DNA from: Harriotta raleighana | Taxonomy: Eukaryota | Direction: 5' to 3' | Assembly: GCA_050575255.1 (NCBI GenBank) | Contig: JBNZDD010013683.1 | Coordinates: forward strand, 2,907,928 to 2,971,927 | Length of the DNA stretch: 64,000 nucleotides | In this document: piece after piece, positions 22,490-37,093 of the stretch | How the letters are laid out: the number at the start of each line of letters is the position of its first letter | How positions within the stretch are numbered: position 1 is the first letter of the stretch | Program-made: the position numbers and the translations under genes | The notes under the pieces: model-generated | The model's input: the letters and a program-made list of their open reading frames with translations, nothing else | Databases searched by the model: none | Told to the model about the DNA's origin: nothing

Positions 22490-25400
22490 TAATCTCAGTT
22501 ATAGGCTATAAATCTTCAGCAATGGGGCTTTAAATATTTATCCAGATATCTGACATGCATAAACACAGGTCACCATCACCCTTTTCCATCTTATTTATCA
22601 TAAGGTGATTACAATTTTAAGAGATCCAACAATATTGCGTGAGCTAGCAGTGATTTTACAAAACATCAGTGAAGCAACACTGAGTACTGTTATTTCAATG
22701 ATCCATGTGAATTCTATTACAGACCTATATAATGCAATAAATGTTTTTCATTTGTACAAGAACTGGCATAAGCTTTTGCTTGTAAATAAAATGCCATGTT
22801 AGTGGATTATGTTTTACATCAATACTTTATTCTGTTTGCAGTGTATATAAACATATATATGAGTGAGCGGTATGATGTGGAATAGAACTGAGTTCATCAA
22901 TAGCCTCGGTATATGGTCCCCTCGCTTCTAGGTCATAATGTGTGGGTTCAAGCCCCATGTAAGTGCTATGGGCTCATGGTCTAAAATGAAACTACACTGA
23001 AGAACTGGGAGATTTCTCAATTATTGGACATACCATTTTTGGATTAGACAATAAAAAAAACAGGGTCCCATCTATTGGCTATTACATATCCCATTGGACT
23101 AAAAGCAGAAGGGAATTTCTCCCANCTTTGGATTAGACAATAAAAAAAAACAGGATCCCATCTATTGGTTGGCTATTACATATCCCATTGGACTAAAAGC
23201 AGAAGGGAATTTCTCCCAGTATCCTGGCCAACAATCCTCCAGCTGAATGAATCATTTCCCTCCCAGGTGTTTGTGGGACAATCATTTGCGCAAATTGACT
23301 GCGCCGGTTGCCAACACGGTGACTACAATCGACAGTTATCGCCCATGAAGTGCTCTGGGATGGTTCAATGTTAGAGGAGGTACATCAAACACAAAAATAA
23401 TTAGAATTGACATAGAACTTTAAAGCATGGAAGAAGGCCATTTGGTAACAGTAGCTAGTAAAATAGCTGAACTTACTCTGATCAGAATCCCATGCCATCT
23501 GGCACTGAACCCTGCCCTTCAATTCACATTCTACTGGTTCCATTCCTCTCCCATGCCTTAACTCACGCAGCTATTGACCTCTTCCACTTCACAACATAGG
23601 TTGGACTTCTTTAAAAAACATATATGTATATCCACGGGTTGCTGATTACTCGTCAGTCATGGACGCAGCTACCGATTGTGAAGTCAGCATTGTATAAGCT
23701 ATACGAAAACCAACATTTTACACCAAAAACCTGCCTGAGAAAAATCATTCTCCCCTAGCACCAAGCTTTAATTCACAATGATTAGTTGCCACTCACCTCC
23801 CCGCTAAAGACTGTTTCTGATGTCTGCAACCTTGTGTATACCTTTCCCCCTGTTTAAAGCGGAATCATAGCAGATTATGATACCCTCAGGATACCTGGTG
23901 TCAAGTCATTGGGAATTGTTTTACTGTATTGCATTCAGGTCACCAGGCCTCTGTCTTCCTAATGATGGTTTAATTGTATCACAAGTGACACCTAGACAGG
24001 CGCCAATTTCTGAATCCAGCACTCAGATTACCTGTTTGAAGTTGGTCATTTAACAAAGGGGAGGTACAATCAATCAACTTTTAACAGGGGTGTTTGCTTC
24101 TTTCTATTTTATGAATGTTTGATACATTTTCTATATTTAGCAGTTCAATTATTTAAATGTTACACTTTTCTCTATTCAAATTATGCCGTTTCCTCTTCTA
24201 AAAGTGGATGCTCCAGGACTAACCCAGGGAGAGTTAATTCAGCCTTTTTTGAGAGAGATCTTGTGCTGTTTGGCCACTCCATAAAAGGGTGGTTTTGAAG
24301 ACAACTCAACCAAGTTATTGAGTAAGGGAGTACATCACTGGTATTTATTTCTCCTACCCTAAAGGCTTTTGATTCCTTTTCAGTGGGAACTGACACAGGG
24401 AATCTGGTAACTTGCCACATTGTCTTCTCTTAATATGTGACAATTTAATTCAGTTGGCTATTCAACTACAGAAGTTCTAATGGCTCATCCTGTTTCTCCT
24501 CCTCGATGGACCCATCGGCAACTCCTAATTCCCCCTTTCCCTCTCCCACCCCCCAGCATGTCCCCAGCTCGAGTCTGAAACAGTGACTGCCCAGTTCTTT
24601 GGGATGTCTTCCACACGTGAAAGGCGTTGTAAAAGTGGAATTTTGTTGTTTTCCTAATCCCCAACACATCTCAACTGGAGGCCAGTGAATTGTGATCCAG
24701 AGCAAGAAGCATTGCCAGTACCATGTTGGGCCAGTATGTTGGGACCAATAATATTGCCCTGGCTGATATCACTCACGCAGCATCAACTTTTCCACTTGCA
24801 TGGATCAGATCCTGACTGGATAAGCACGCTGAGTAGATCACTGTTTTAATGATTTATTTTGTTGAACAAACAGAAATGCAGATATCAATACTCACCCGCT
24901 ATACTCTTATATAGCGTTGCTTTCTTTGCATATAATGTTGCCACGGTGGTTAAGTGGCAGATCAGTTTACCCTGATTAGGACTTACTGAAAACATTAGCT
25001 CAAACCAGAGCCTTCAGCTATTTGACAACATTAGCACATGCCAATATTTAAGTTGCAAAACCTCAGAAGAACATAGTGTCGAAGTGTAGGGTCAGTGTCA
25101 AGGCACTGCTCTCTATTTCTGTTTGTAATAAATCTTTGCGTGTTATATAATGGTAATATATCTCAAAGTGCTTCACAGGCCATTACTATCACATGTAGTG
25201 ACCACAAATTTACAGTCAATTTACGCATTGTTGATAGCACAGCGATGTCCCAAAATACAGTCGTTGAATTTGAGTGCTGTGCGCAAAATGTAGCAGCCAA
25301 TTTGTCCACCACAATTTGTACACTTCACAATATATTCATGACATTTCAAATGTTGACAGCGTGGTAAAGCAATCAAGTAGAAAAGTTCCTTGTAATCATT

Positions 25401-28400
25401 GCATCCCAAGCATTCAACACCAACTACATTTTCCCTTTCAACCTTGCTCCGAGTAACTCTGAAACAGATGATTCCAGCAGGTGAATGTAACTCGACTCTC
25501 GAATTGGTTCAATGGGCATAATAGATGTTCTAGGAGACTGACAATTAAAACCTGAAATCAAGCCACAGCAGCCAGTCAATGTAAAAAAACACCCTGTGCC
25601 TTTCACCACTCTAACCTATGTATGATCCTGTACTAAGTCAATTTAAAGCCACTCACAGTATTATAGCATTATGTAAAAGTGTGATCCGGTTGTCAGGCCA
25701 AGTTCCTACTCAAACAATCTTGCTGGTCTGCAGGAAATGAATGAATCCACTTTCCCTGTAAGTGAATTCCCTCATTGAGGTTACGTTTTGTTCTTCATTT
25801 CGCCCCCCCCCCCACAATATAATAGTATTTTCTGTGATGCCCTTTGAGACACCTGGAAGTCATGGTAAGCTGCTATATCAAATGTAAGGATTATTATTAT
25901 TGGCTGCCCCATTTCGCCCACAAGTATATAGTCAATTCACTTTACAGTATTATTATTTACTTATTATTAACCCTATGTTTCAGTCTCTGTCACCATCTCC
26001 CCCAATGTTTTTATCACTCGGATGATTATCCAGTTTTCCTTTTGAGTGTTTCTTTCGATCTTTCCGTTCTAATCATTTGCGATCATGAATTCCTTCCTTG
26101 TCCCCTTTCAATCTGTCTTTAAATTACGCCTTCAAATTCATCACTTTGTGCTAGGATTACTTCCCCTCCTCCTCTTCTTTCTCCCTTACTTGGGTCAAAC
26201 CCTATCACTGCAAAGCACTCCATCCTGTGTGAAAGATGCGATACACAGTAAATGCAAGTATTTCTCGATGCTGTGTTAGTTCTGAGGAGTTTTTGAGATG
26301 CTGCTTGTTGTAAACAGGAGCCTCAAATTGAAATTAAACACTGAAACAATAAAATATTATTACCATTGGCACTCTGTACCTGTACAGTATATACCTGGAC
26401 AAATACAAGAGAGCAATGTCTTTGAGTGAGAGGTAAACAAATAAGGTCTAATCTGCTAATAATACTGCACCCAGATTTCTCTCTCAAATATACACAACTA
26501 TTGCAGTGATCTGCCCAGGCAGCGCAATGTAGGGCAATGCGCTGCTGAGTGCATGAACAAATAATTCTGTCGGTATTAATGTTTGTTAGCTCGTGTCCAG
26601 TGCAAGACAATATTAAACTCTGTACCACTCCCTTGATGCTCACAATTTTAATGCATTCTCTAGAAATGAAACTTTGACGTTAGGAGTTTTATTTAATCAA
26701 CAGACCTTCAGGACTGTATCCTCACACCAAGTTCAGATTGTTCAAATTGACTGTCATTGTGAGACTGCAAACGTTGCAAAGAATTTATTCACCGTCTCGT
26801 TTAAATCGACATTCATTTCCATTCCTGGATGATGTTCTGAACCAAGGTTCTCTAGCTTCATAAAAGGTGCTTTAAAGTCCACCAGACTCCACAACCAACT
26901 AAGGCAGTATTAAACTTTGTTCTTCCAACTTGTCACCCACATAAATATGACGCAATAGATATGAAAGCAGGTGTACTGCATTGGCATGTGGGTGCTGAGA
27001 ATTAGGGTCACTTCTCTCTAGGTTTGTTTCTTTAATTCCTGCTTCCAACATTTCATCAGAAACAAAATAGCAAATAATGTTTTGTTTTGTCCTTGTCACA
27101 GTCTGAGATTGTCGAATGCCTTCATTCAGTGATGGATAACAGGGAGTGATTATTAAACAAATATAATCTTGTTGGGACAGGCAGATAATATCCTTAAAAA
27201 CAATCATGGTTTAGGACAGGCATCCAAACTCTGAAATCACTCTTAATGCCTGCTGTTTCTGAACTTACATTTTTTGACTCACTGTGGGGGTATTTCTGCA
27301 TTCAGTTCAACCACAGGAATTCAGATTTGAATTTGTGCCTCTTCCTCTGAAGTTTCTCATCTTACACTTATCTGTGTTAGTTGCCAGCAAGCTTAAGAGG
27401 AAAGCAGCATCCGAGAGTTTAAAACCTCCCAAATCAATATGTTGTTGCAATTTAGAGGGACTATCCAGAGGTAAAATCTGCAGCTTCATATTAAATGATG
27501 GCACAAACAGTCGGGTATCTTTTGATTTTGAGTCAATATTTTTGCTCTCCACACTGTTATCAATGTATCTCAATCAGATGAAAAGTTTATTTATTGATTA
27601 CTCTGTGGCCAGTGGAAATCTACCGAATATAACACCGATATAAAGAAAGTAAAAGAACTATGGACCAAATTCTCTGAACAATTGATTAATCCTCCTGCAG
27701 AGAACAAAAGTGTTAGAACGTGGCCGTATGATGTTGAACCAACACTCTCAGTGAGCGATCTGGAGTAAGTCTATTCTCTCCAGCCCTCCTTTCTACAACT
27801 GCAAACATTTTTAAAATATAAAATTGGGGGTTGAAAAATAATCCAAACACAGATATGAAGAAAATCATTATTGTTCAGGGTCACAGTTATTTGGAATAAC
27901 AGATTGATACAGGGTAATAATCCTTTCAATGTGAAAGGCCCTGAATCAATCTAAATTGTATTGCAATACCAGAGATAAAATGTTGGAAGTTATTTCAAAA
28001 TACGCTAAGATAAGATGATGAAACAGCTGGAGGATAGGATTTATTGACCAAATGGCCTTTTCTGATCCCTTGCGTGTCTTAAATTCTCATGTCACACGTT
28101 TCACCAGTATAAACACTTGAGTATTATTTAGCAAGTAAAATGTAAAGGTATTCAATGCACTTCTCATAAGTTGTATTGATTTGTTATTGCTGCTACGTTA
28201 TTAAATGAAGCATGCATAACAAACCTTCCAGTCTCTCTCTCTACTTATTTATTGTTTCCTCCGTGTCCGCTCCCTGCACTCACTTGTTTTACACGGCTCT
28301 TTCGGGTATATATTTCCTTTCATTCCCAAGACCATTCAGCTCAGGGAAAGAACAGGATAGTAAGATAAAAGCAATATTTGTATGAAAAAGAATCCATAAA

Positions 28401-29199
28401 GGAATGGCACAGTAAAATATGAGTTAATAAGTATGGAAATGAATATAAACAGCAGTATAAAGTATCTCAGTTACAGTTGTTAGCTTTGAGAGAATCCTTA
28501 GCTGCATGTGATCAATTCTTCTAAGGTGGAATGAAGATTGGGTTAAATTTTATGAGGACAACTGCAGAGTTCAGTGCTAACATGCAATCCCCTTGATATG
28601 CATCCAGTTTCACTTTTCCAAGCATTTTTCTTGGTCTGTTCCACGATAGGATCAGAACACATTGCTACAGGAATCCTTCTGTCAGCACTTAATGCCAGTA
28701 CAGGAATTGAAAACGCAACAGGGAGAAAGAAGGCAGATGGATATACTGTGGGTGCAAATTGATTTAGAGAATCTTGATCTTGGTTTTCTTACAGAGTTTG
28801 ATACACTTTATGTGGGTGTTATAACCACTGCTGGTTTATTGTATTCACTGTTCAGTACTTAATCAGGACGCTGTGAATATGCTCGATCATATAATAGCTA
28901 AAAAAAAAAGATGACACTTGGAACTTCCATTATAAGGCTGGAATTCCAGGCTTAGTCGGATTCCATGTGAAACGCAAGGTGTTATTGTTCAATGTATTCA
29001 TTAATTATTTGCTGTTCACTTTATGTAGGAGCTGTATGATGTCCAGCAACATTTGGGGGTTTGGTTGGAGACGGATGTTTCCCAGAAATCCGATGATGTT
29101 TTGGAGAGGATTCAGGTAGGAGGTTGTTTCTGGCTGGTCACAAGATCGCAAGATTGGTTTAGATGAAGAAGATCTTTCAGACCATTTCATCTCATCACT

Positions 29200-29400
29200 C
29201 CAAACCACCACCCCTACCAACTCCCCATCTGAGTATGAGCATTTTAAAAAAAAGAATCCAGTGTCCTCAACCACCCTTCCTTGTAACTGGTTCCACTCAT
29301 ATATTACCCTCCCTGTATAGCAAACCTCTCCATGGTGTCCTGAAATTGCCCTTTGCAACTCTAAACCTGTATCTTGTTGTTCTACAGTTTTAGTGCATCT
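29200..29400 (-). mobile_element. CR1 LINE fragment
   Basis: The reverse strand reads AGAGTTGCAAAGGGCAATTTCAGGAC..AGGGAGGGTAATATATGAGTGGAACCAGTTACAAGGAAGGGTGGTTGAGG (RV...WN.L..VVE motif). Confidence 0.6.
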
Positions 29401-31968
29401 GGAAGTATTATTGACTTACATTTAAAATTCAATCGCATTTTAAATGTTAATATAAGATGCCTGCCTGGTCAGTTTCTGACTGGGGTTACATTCTTGAGAA
29501 GGGAGGAGGGAGCTTGAAGATCTGCACCTGATTTATGATTGAACAGCAATAGTTATAGTACTGCAAACAGCTAGGTAGGTCATGGACAAGCTGGATTGAG
29601 GATTCACCACAATGAATCACGCTGGAGATAAGAAAAAGCGTTGCGTTTTTTTTTACTGAGCAGCCCAAATGGTAACTACTATTTCAAGGCTTGGATGATA
29701 AGTTTTTACAGCAGTTGAGGTCTAATAATAATAAAAAATAATCATAATAAAGTCTGCAGTTTGTATCTGGGGGATGAGGCTGGGATTACAGGATTAGTGG
29801 GCGCATATTTTGAAAACCATTAGATAAAGTTCAAATAAAATTTGCTTCCCAACTGAGCTAACTATAGTAAGTAAGCAATATGTTGTTTGTTGATCATTTT
29901 TGTAAGCGTTTTAAGCCTTGAGGTCGCAGATCCAGTGTCAGTCGATGAAGGGTTACAATTACAAATTTGTGCTGTGTCTGAGGGTAGGACTTTAGTCTCT
30001 TGTATGGAGTTTCAGTGGCACACATGTTTTATTAGTGTCACATCACAAGACCTGAAGCCCATTAGTCAATCGAAGAGACTGTGCTAAAATAGTACCAGTT
30101 ACATTGTTATGATGTAACGGACCAGTGCAGTCTTGACTTTTATGCATTCGTTTATCCGTTCACATGACTGTTTCAAAAAGGTATAGAATTTGCCACACAA
30201 GTTATTTTGGAAGTGTCACAATGCTCTATTTCAGGAGTTGTTCTCGTTGGATGAACTAATGAAACACGTTCGCTTTCTCGGATCACGTTCAACGCTTTGG
30301 TCCGTAGTTTCAATATGTTTGCAAGGCTCTTGGACAGAAAGAAACCTAGGTACTGAACTATTTCCGAGACTCTCTCAATTATTACCATGTTACGTGGTAA
30401 ATCTTCTGCAAGATGCCAGTGTTTGGAGCTGTACAAAATGTGCTTTAGGTGTGACAAAGGTGTTAAATTCTACAGCGTGAAAGATTTTGTCTGACTCATT
30501 ATCTGACGAGTTCGAATTATCACAATAGAATCAAATTTGAAAGAAGTTACATATTTATCCAGTGCTGATGATTGGATTTTTTTTTCTTCACATGTTCATT
30601 GCTGAAAGTAGTTGACTGCTTTTATTTGCCCCCATTCTGTTGGGTGTGTCGTTGCATTCCAGTGAGAGAATTACAGCCAAGTCCAGTCCAGGTCTCGCCT
30701 ACCAAACTNGAATTATCACAATAGAATCAAATTTGACAGAAGTTACATATTTATCCAGTGCTGATGATTGGATTTTTTCTTCTTCACGTGTTCATTGCTG
30801 AAAGTAGTTGACTGCTTTTATTTGCCCCCATTCTGTTGGGTGTGTTGTTGCATTCCAGTGAGAGAATTACAGCCAAGTCCAGTCCAGGTCTCGCCTACCA
30901 AACTTCGAACTACAGTAAATAAAGTTCACNGGGTGTGTCGTTGCATTCCAGTGAGAGAATTACAGCCAAGTCCAGTCCAGGTCTCGCCTACCAAACTTCG
31001 AACTACAGTAAATAAAGTTCACTGCAGAACTTCCAGTGGCTTCACTTCCTAGAATAGTCTACTTTGAAAATCCTTTTGTGCACGAAAATTAATCTGGGGG
31101 CTCTTTTACTAGGAATTGCGAGTTTTAATAAAACAGTGAGCCTTCAGCCAAGGAATATAAATCAATAATATATTTTCCCATTCGAGTATAGCTGAAATAG
31201 TGAGTGCTTTGGGTGGGAGAGGGCCTCCAAACATACCTGGATATGGGAAGTTATTGCTCTCTAGTGAAACAGCTGGAAGTTTTGAGTTTGGCACAGAGNG
31301 GTGAGCCTTCAGCCAAGGAATATAAATCAATAATATATTTTCCCATTCGAGTATAGCTGAAATGGTGAGTGCTTTGGGTGGGAGAGGGCCTCCAAACATA
31401 CCTGGATATGGGAAGTTATTGCTCTCTAGTGAAACAGCTGGAAGTTTTGAGTTTGGCACAGAGTGTGTTGGAACCCACAGAATCCAATCATTTGAAATAA
31501 TGGCACTAACCCATATGGCACAGAAGCACAGAAAATAGACACCCTGTGCTCACTATCAGAACTCGCTCAAAATGCCGGGCCGAGCTCTTGCAATTCTAGA
31601 ATCAGGCCTTCATAAATGATCATTCATAGCAACAAGCTGCAATTGGAATTTGGGCAAGTAAATTACACTAGCTCTGTAAAAAACACACACACACACACAC
31701 AACTGTAACAGCTCCCATCATCTATTACTGAACTTGTATCTTTTCTAAAACCTTCACACTAATGATCTCTATGATTAGGATTGTTTGATATAATATATAC
31801 TGTCTCAACTGCAGCTGTGTTCTGTTTGTCACTGGAAGCCTTTTTAATAATAATAATCCTTCCATCTGATATAACCCTTTTCAATTTGGTGGCCCCTAAT
31901 CTAATCCTATACACTACATATATTATTTATATACATATTATTTATATATAATCTTGTATACATATTAT

Positions 31969-32255
31969 GTGGAGTCCTGTAGCTCAGTGATTAGAGCACT
32001 TGCGTTGCAAGGCAGGGCAAAATCTTGGGCAAGTTTCCTTACTCCACATGCCTAATAATAATCACTCAAGAAAAATGTAATCCACTTGTCATTTCAATCC
32101 ATAAATTTGTGGGACACTGGTGTGCGCAATTGTCTGCCGCAATTTGGCCACAAAATATACAATCAATTCAATTTACAGTATATTCTGTGAAGTGCTTTGA
32201 GATATCTAGAAGATGTGAAAGAATGCCAAATCAAAGCCAAGAAATAATATAATAA
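31969..32255 (+). mobile_element. tRNA-derived SINE with an internal head deletion
   Basis: GTGGAGTCCTGTAGCTCAGTGATTAGAGCAC head, plus core and tail. Confidence 0.85.
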
Positions 32256-34665
32256 TTATTATTCTGTATTATTTATATATAATATATATATAATGTCCAA
32301 ATCTATTTTAGCTGTTGAATTACTATATGTCCTGTAGTTGATTGTCAGTAAGTAAACTTAGCAAAAAATGCCACCCCTCTCAATATCCATTCAGTTATTA
32401 GCTAAAAAATGTCCAGAAAGACCAAACTCATGAAAGGTTTTCCATCACATATTTTCCAATGGATAACCTCTCAGCAGATGCAAATTGTGAGTGACTTAAG
32501 GGTGGAACTATGAATGAATAAGTAAATAAATAAATTGTAATCATGTTAGTTGGGTTGCTGAAGACATGAGGCAGTGAGAAAGTAAATAATAGTTATTGTG
32601 TTTGATGAGAGAATATCTTGAAGCACTTTGCAAGATTTAATATAAAGTAAAATGGATATTTTCATGGGCAACTCAGTTTGCACACGGCAATGTCCCCCCA
32701 AATCAAGTCTCAGACGCTGTCTCCCCACAAGTGAATTGAAACATTTATCTGTAAAGGAGAGCTTTGCAGTATCTCTGAGGGACCAAAAGCCCGTTTTGTA
32801 TATCGGAGGAGATTATTGCTTGCAATACTAGCCAGCATTCAATGCGCTAATGCACTACAGTCTCTTTTGATCAGTGGCAATGATTTTATTAAATAGAAGT
32901 AAAACATGCTTATCAATGTCAGCTTCAAAAAGTTAGGCCTTTACCATACACTAGGCGTAGGGTTGGCAAACACTGGATGAAATATTTCTCGGATTCAGGA
33001 ATTTAAAAAAAAAATACCTTGGGAATTTACGGCCCGAGGTAGATAAAGTGTTTGCAAAGTGCTTTAATGAAAAATGATCGCGTGTAGTAAAGTTACATTA
33101 ATCTTCAAAACTGGGATGAATACTTGCGAATGTTGTCATTACATTTACTTAGTCTCTGGCAAGACGTAGAGAAACTGATTCTTGCCGTTGAGTTCCGGCA
33201 CATAATACGGCAGGATTGCTTCCACTACTGGCCTCTAGATAATATCGGATAGCTTTGGGATTCATTACAAACACTTAAACCAGAAGGTAGGGGTTTATTA
33301 CTAGTCGAATTAGTGGTTGACTAGTTTCATGTGATGCCACTGGAATTACTTTTAACATTTGGATGCAACACTTCAGTCCACTTGTTCGTATGTTATAAAC
33401 TGCTCCTGCCTTACGCCTTCCTGTCTGATCCCTTAATTTAGATTGCACTTTTTGCGTCTGCTTGGCGTGAAAATGATACTTTGTCAACACAGTGATGCAT
33501 TGTAAAACCGGGCTATAGATCTGAAACAGTCTTGGAGACATTGCTGAAACCTTTGAATTTGATTCAAATTCTTCCTGTCGCTGACTATTACCAACTTATC
33601 AACTCGGTTGTTGCATTTCCTTCTTTCTGACCAGAGAGAGAGTGTCTTCTTGTTATTCTTGCTCCTCTCTGCATTTCCCCCATTCACCCTGGCTGGCTTC
33701 TCATTCCTCTCCTCTGGCTCACCAGGAGCCTTCCGACATTTGCTCACTTCACCAACATCCAAAACACTATTTTGCTCAAAATGTCTTCATTATTTAGATT
33801 AGAAACGATTCATGGATCAAAGTGGAGAAAAATAGCAAGTGTGTTTTCATGACCAAGGTGTCATTGGAACTTTGCCAATGAGAAATCTCATGCGAGAATA
33901 GTAGAACTCTTTACACTTCGATTTGCAGCTCCATTTATAGCTCATTTAATGGGAGCTTTGGGCAAAAAACAATTAACACTGTAAACACGCACTATGCGAT
34001 TCGCCATTCAAAAGGGCGTCAATCGCTCGTATCACATTTTAAATGAATAAAAACATAGCAACAGGCTGGATGGAAATAAAAATGTTAAACACTTGCTTGC
34101 CTGTCTGAACCAAGTGTAAACACCCTGTCATCAAATTAACATTCAAGCACTCGAAGTGAAGTGAAAAGGTAATTTAACCGTCAACTGTATGTGTCATACA
34201 TTTTATTTAATACAGGAAATTATTCACAAGGAGCCTTTTCATACTGATTCTTGTACAGTTAATGGAGCAGTCATGAAATTGGAATGATAGAATGGTTGCA
34301 CACATAGTTCAACTGATATTTCTTACTATTTGGTGTAGGGAGTTTACTGGCACTGCATCCAGCAATCACTGTGATGAAAGGCTTACTGCTTGTGCTTGGG
34401 GGCATTTCATGTTACATTTTTGATTCACATTTGCTGCGCAGTTGTTTTTCTCGTCAGATATTCCTGAGATTCAGGAGCTGTGGGTCTCATTGTTAAAGCT
34501 GGGTGATGATTCCCGAGACCACCCTTTCTTAACTTGTCAACATCTTCCTTTGGGACGCAACGATTTTAGGCGAGGTAGCTTTAAGGTTGGCCAGATTGTG
34601 AGGTGACACACCTGGCAAACAGTTTGTAACTCAAGCACTCTGGGACGCTGGCCTGTCTGAGTGGC

Positions 34666-34676
34666 GATATACACAC

Positions 34677-34707
<31 letters not shown>

Positions 34708-34712
34708 ACACA
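34666..34712. repeat. (TA)n(CA)n microsatellite
   Basis: Directly visible. Similar tracts at 31683-31701, 43896-43937, 49361-49385 and 51008-51026. Confidence 0.85.
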
Positions 34713-35571
34713 TTACACGTCTCAAAGCCCTTCACATAGATGATGGGGAGAAGCCAGCAAGAAGATGAAGAAAGGGAATTAAAGGCACAGTTGGAGAGGT
34801 CAGTTGTAAGATGCTGCTCTGAGCTAGACTTGGCGTTGATTGACTAGTCTGACTGTTTTTTTGGTGGAATTGGGAGAGATTAACATTTGAGGGTGTGGTT
34901 GGAGAGGGCAGAATTATTCTCAAAGTTTGCTATAATTTACTGAGAAAATGTCCTGATCCATGTGGAGGGAGATGGGGAGGAGCTACCAGAAAATTAGGGA
35001 AAATAAACCAGAATTATCAACAACAACAAAAAAATCAAAGAATTGATATTATTCCAAACACTTCCTTCTTTTACCAAAATTCTGTGATAGTTACAGGTAA
35101 AATAACTGTACACAAAATAATTGTTTCAATTACAATTACAATATTTTCACAGTTCCCACCACTTCACTGCTTCTGAAATCGCAAGGTCTCTTTTAACAAA
35201 AACAAAATCTTGCACTTGGTGATTGCTTATCATAGGCTAACTGTGCCTGGCAGCTTACAAATTGTAATGGGTTTCAATAGATGCTAGAGGCTGACTGCTT
35301 CTTGCGAGAGTTATGGTTATACATACGAGAGGCTGGAATTTGTGCAGTATTTCAAATATTTAATACACTGCTCCAGTGTGAGTTTTTGTTATTTCTTGAA
35401 AACTCATAATAAAACACTTTCCCACATGCTGTCTAGTGTGAAGGGTACATATGAAATGCATTACAACACATATAAATTTTCCTCTTAAAATGCATCCTAA
35501 AAATTGGAAACATTTAAAAAATCTAAATTCTTTTAACTATGAAGAAAATTCTCATTTGATGCGAAATTCAC

Positions 35572-35658
35572 ATCTATCCGCATTAAAAAAAAGGTATGTT
35601 GCAGATATGGATTCAAAAATGAGCAAACTGTGTGTTCAGAGATTCATTCTGCTGTGAC
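35572..35658 (-). pseudogene. DNMT1-like exon remnant: end of the DMAP1-binding domain
   Basis: Phase-0 acceptor tagtttag|GTC. VTAE*ISEHTVCSFLNPYL ~ LSEEGYLAKVKSLLNKDL. The 3' boundary is tentative. Confidence 0.4.
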
Positions 35659-36209
35659 CTAAACTAGTCAAAATTCATCAGACTCAAAGCTAATGCCAAA
35701 GACTTAAGATTGCTATTATATCACAGGAACATTGACAAATGGAAAAATTCTTTGTTTCCCAGTGCATATAAAAAGACCAATTTGAGTCATTTCATATATA
35801 CTATATATAACCAGGTATAACCAAGCCCAGATGAACTGATGAAATCTCGATTAGTTTAGATTTCTGAAGCAAAGATACAATTTCAAATTCAAAGCCATTT
35901 CCCCAGATAAATCAACATAATGATCACATTTAGTACATTTTTAAAAATATATTTTGTGTTTGTGTACAAAACGTAGTCGGTACACTTTAAACTGTATCCT
36001 ATGAAGTGCTTTGAGACATCCTCCTGATCTTGAAAAGTGTTCTATCAAACACAAGGATTAATCAGATCAGGATTCTAGGAAAATTCATAATCCCTGCAGA
36101 TAAACCCGAAACTTTCCATTGCAATTGTTAAACTTGCACACTCCAATTCATACATCAGTTATTCCAATTTATTTCCCTCACAAAATGCATAGATGATCCA
36201 CTTTACAAT

Positions 36210-36350
36210 ATCATAGAATCATAGAATTACACAGCTCAGAAGGAGGCCATTCAGCCCGTCGTGTCTGTGCCACCTGTTTGAAAGAGCTGTCCAAATTAAT
36301 CCCACTCCCCTGCTCTCTCCCCATAGTCCTACAAATTTGTCCTCCCCAAA
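36210..36350 (-). mobile_element. CR1-type 3' terminus
   Basis: (ATCATAGA)2 tail repeat followed by AGAAGGAGGCCATTCAGCCCGTCGTGTCTGTGCC. Confidence 0.7.
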
Positions 36351-37093
36351 TTTGTACTCTGTGAGGCACTTTGAGATGACTCAATGTGATAAGGCACTAT
36401 ATCAAATAAGGATCAAATAAGTAAGGATTCTTTGGATTATCTGAAATTTCAAATATAATTTAAGGTCGGAATATTTAAAACCTTAATTGGTTTGGTTATT
36501 TCAAATGGATGGTGAATGAATTTCCAAGTACAGTACTATAAATGGCGCAACAGATCAGTTTTGTAACAGTAAGATTTATTGCGTCAAGGAATATAAACCG
36601 ATCGTGGGATGTAACTCTTGTGACTGAAAGGATTAAGTCTGGTTCCTAGTATCACTGTCGTCTTGTAAACCCTATTTGGTTATTAATGCAGTGTTGAACA
36701 AAACGAACTGTTTACAGCAAAGATAAAGACGATACTCTTACAACTAATACAATTTAACTAAGGCGCCTAAAAAGACATAGTTTATCTTTTTAAATTGATG
36801 TTTTAACTGCAAATAACACCCATCATCTCTTGCGTATTCATTATCCGGTTGTAAAAGTACACTACAAGACTACAGACTCTTTGTGCCTTTGAAGCCATTC
36901 CTTTCAAATCCCGCAGACATGGACCCAAGGTTTGATTCCAATTTCAAATATGTTACAGTTACATAGAGTACATCTCTTCTATGAATGTCCAAGGAACAAG
37001 GATCTCTGGCATTTAGAAATAATGCGATAGGTTTGTTCACTAATCCTCTTCCAGTTTTGAACTTGATTCATTTGAGTTTTAGATAGGTTTCTC

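Larger units (their letters stand above)
24032..33978 (-). pseudogene. Putative decayed giant exon (low-complexity or disordered protein) of the DNMT1-like gene, interrupted by SINE/LINE insertions
   Basis: A chain of minus-strand Ser/Asn/Lys/Pro-rich open stretches (ORF track 33484, 33275, 31109, 30173, 29005, 27307, 26899, 25424, 24181) joined by stops and frameshifts. Ends at donor ACAG|GTAATC in phase 1, matching the next exon. The 5' boundary is tentative. Confidence 0.5.

Noticed and set aside
26490-26550. Ankyrin-like ALHCAAWADH on the minus strand
   Set aside because: A single motif with no adjacent repeats, inside decayed sequence; probably chance.
30515-31465. Apparent repeat array and repeated peptides in ORFs 30768 and 31109
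   Set aside because: Produced by three consecutive N-join overlaps; not a CRISPR-like array or a protein repeat.
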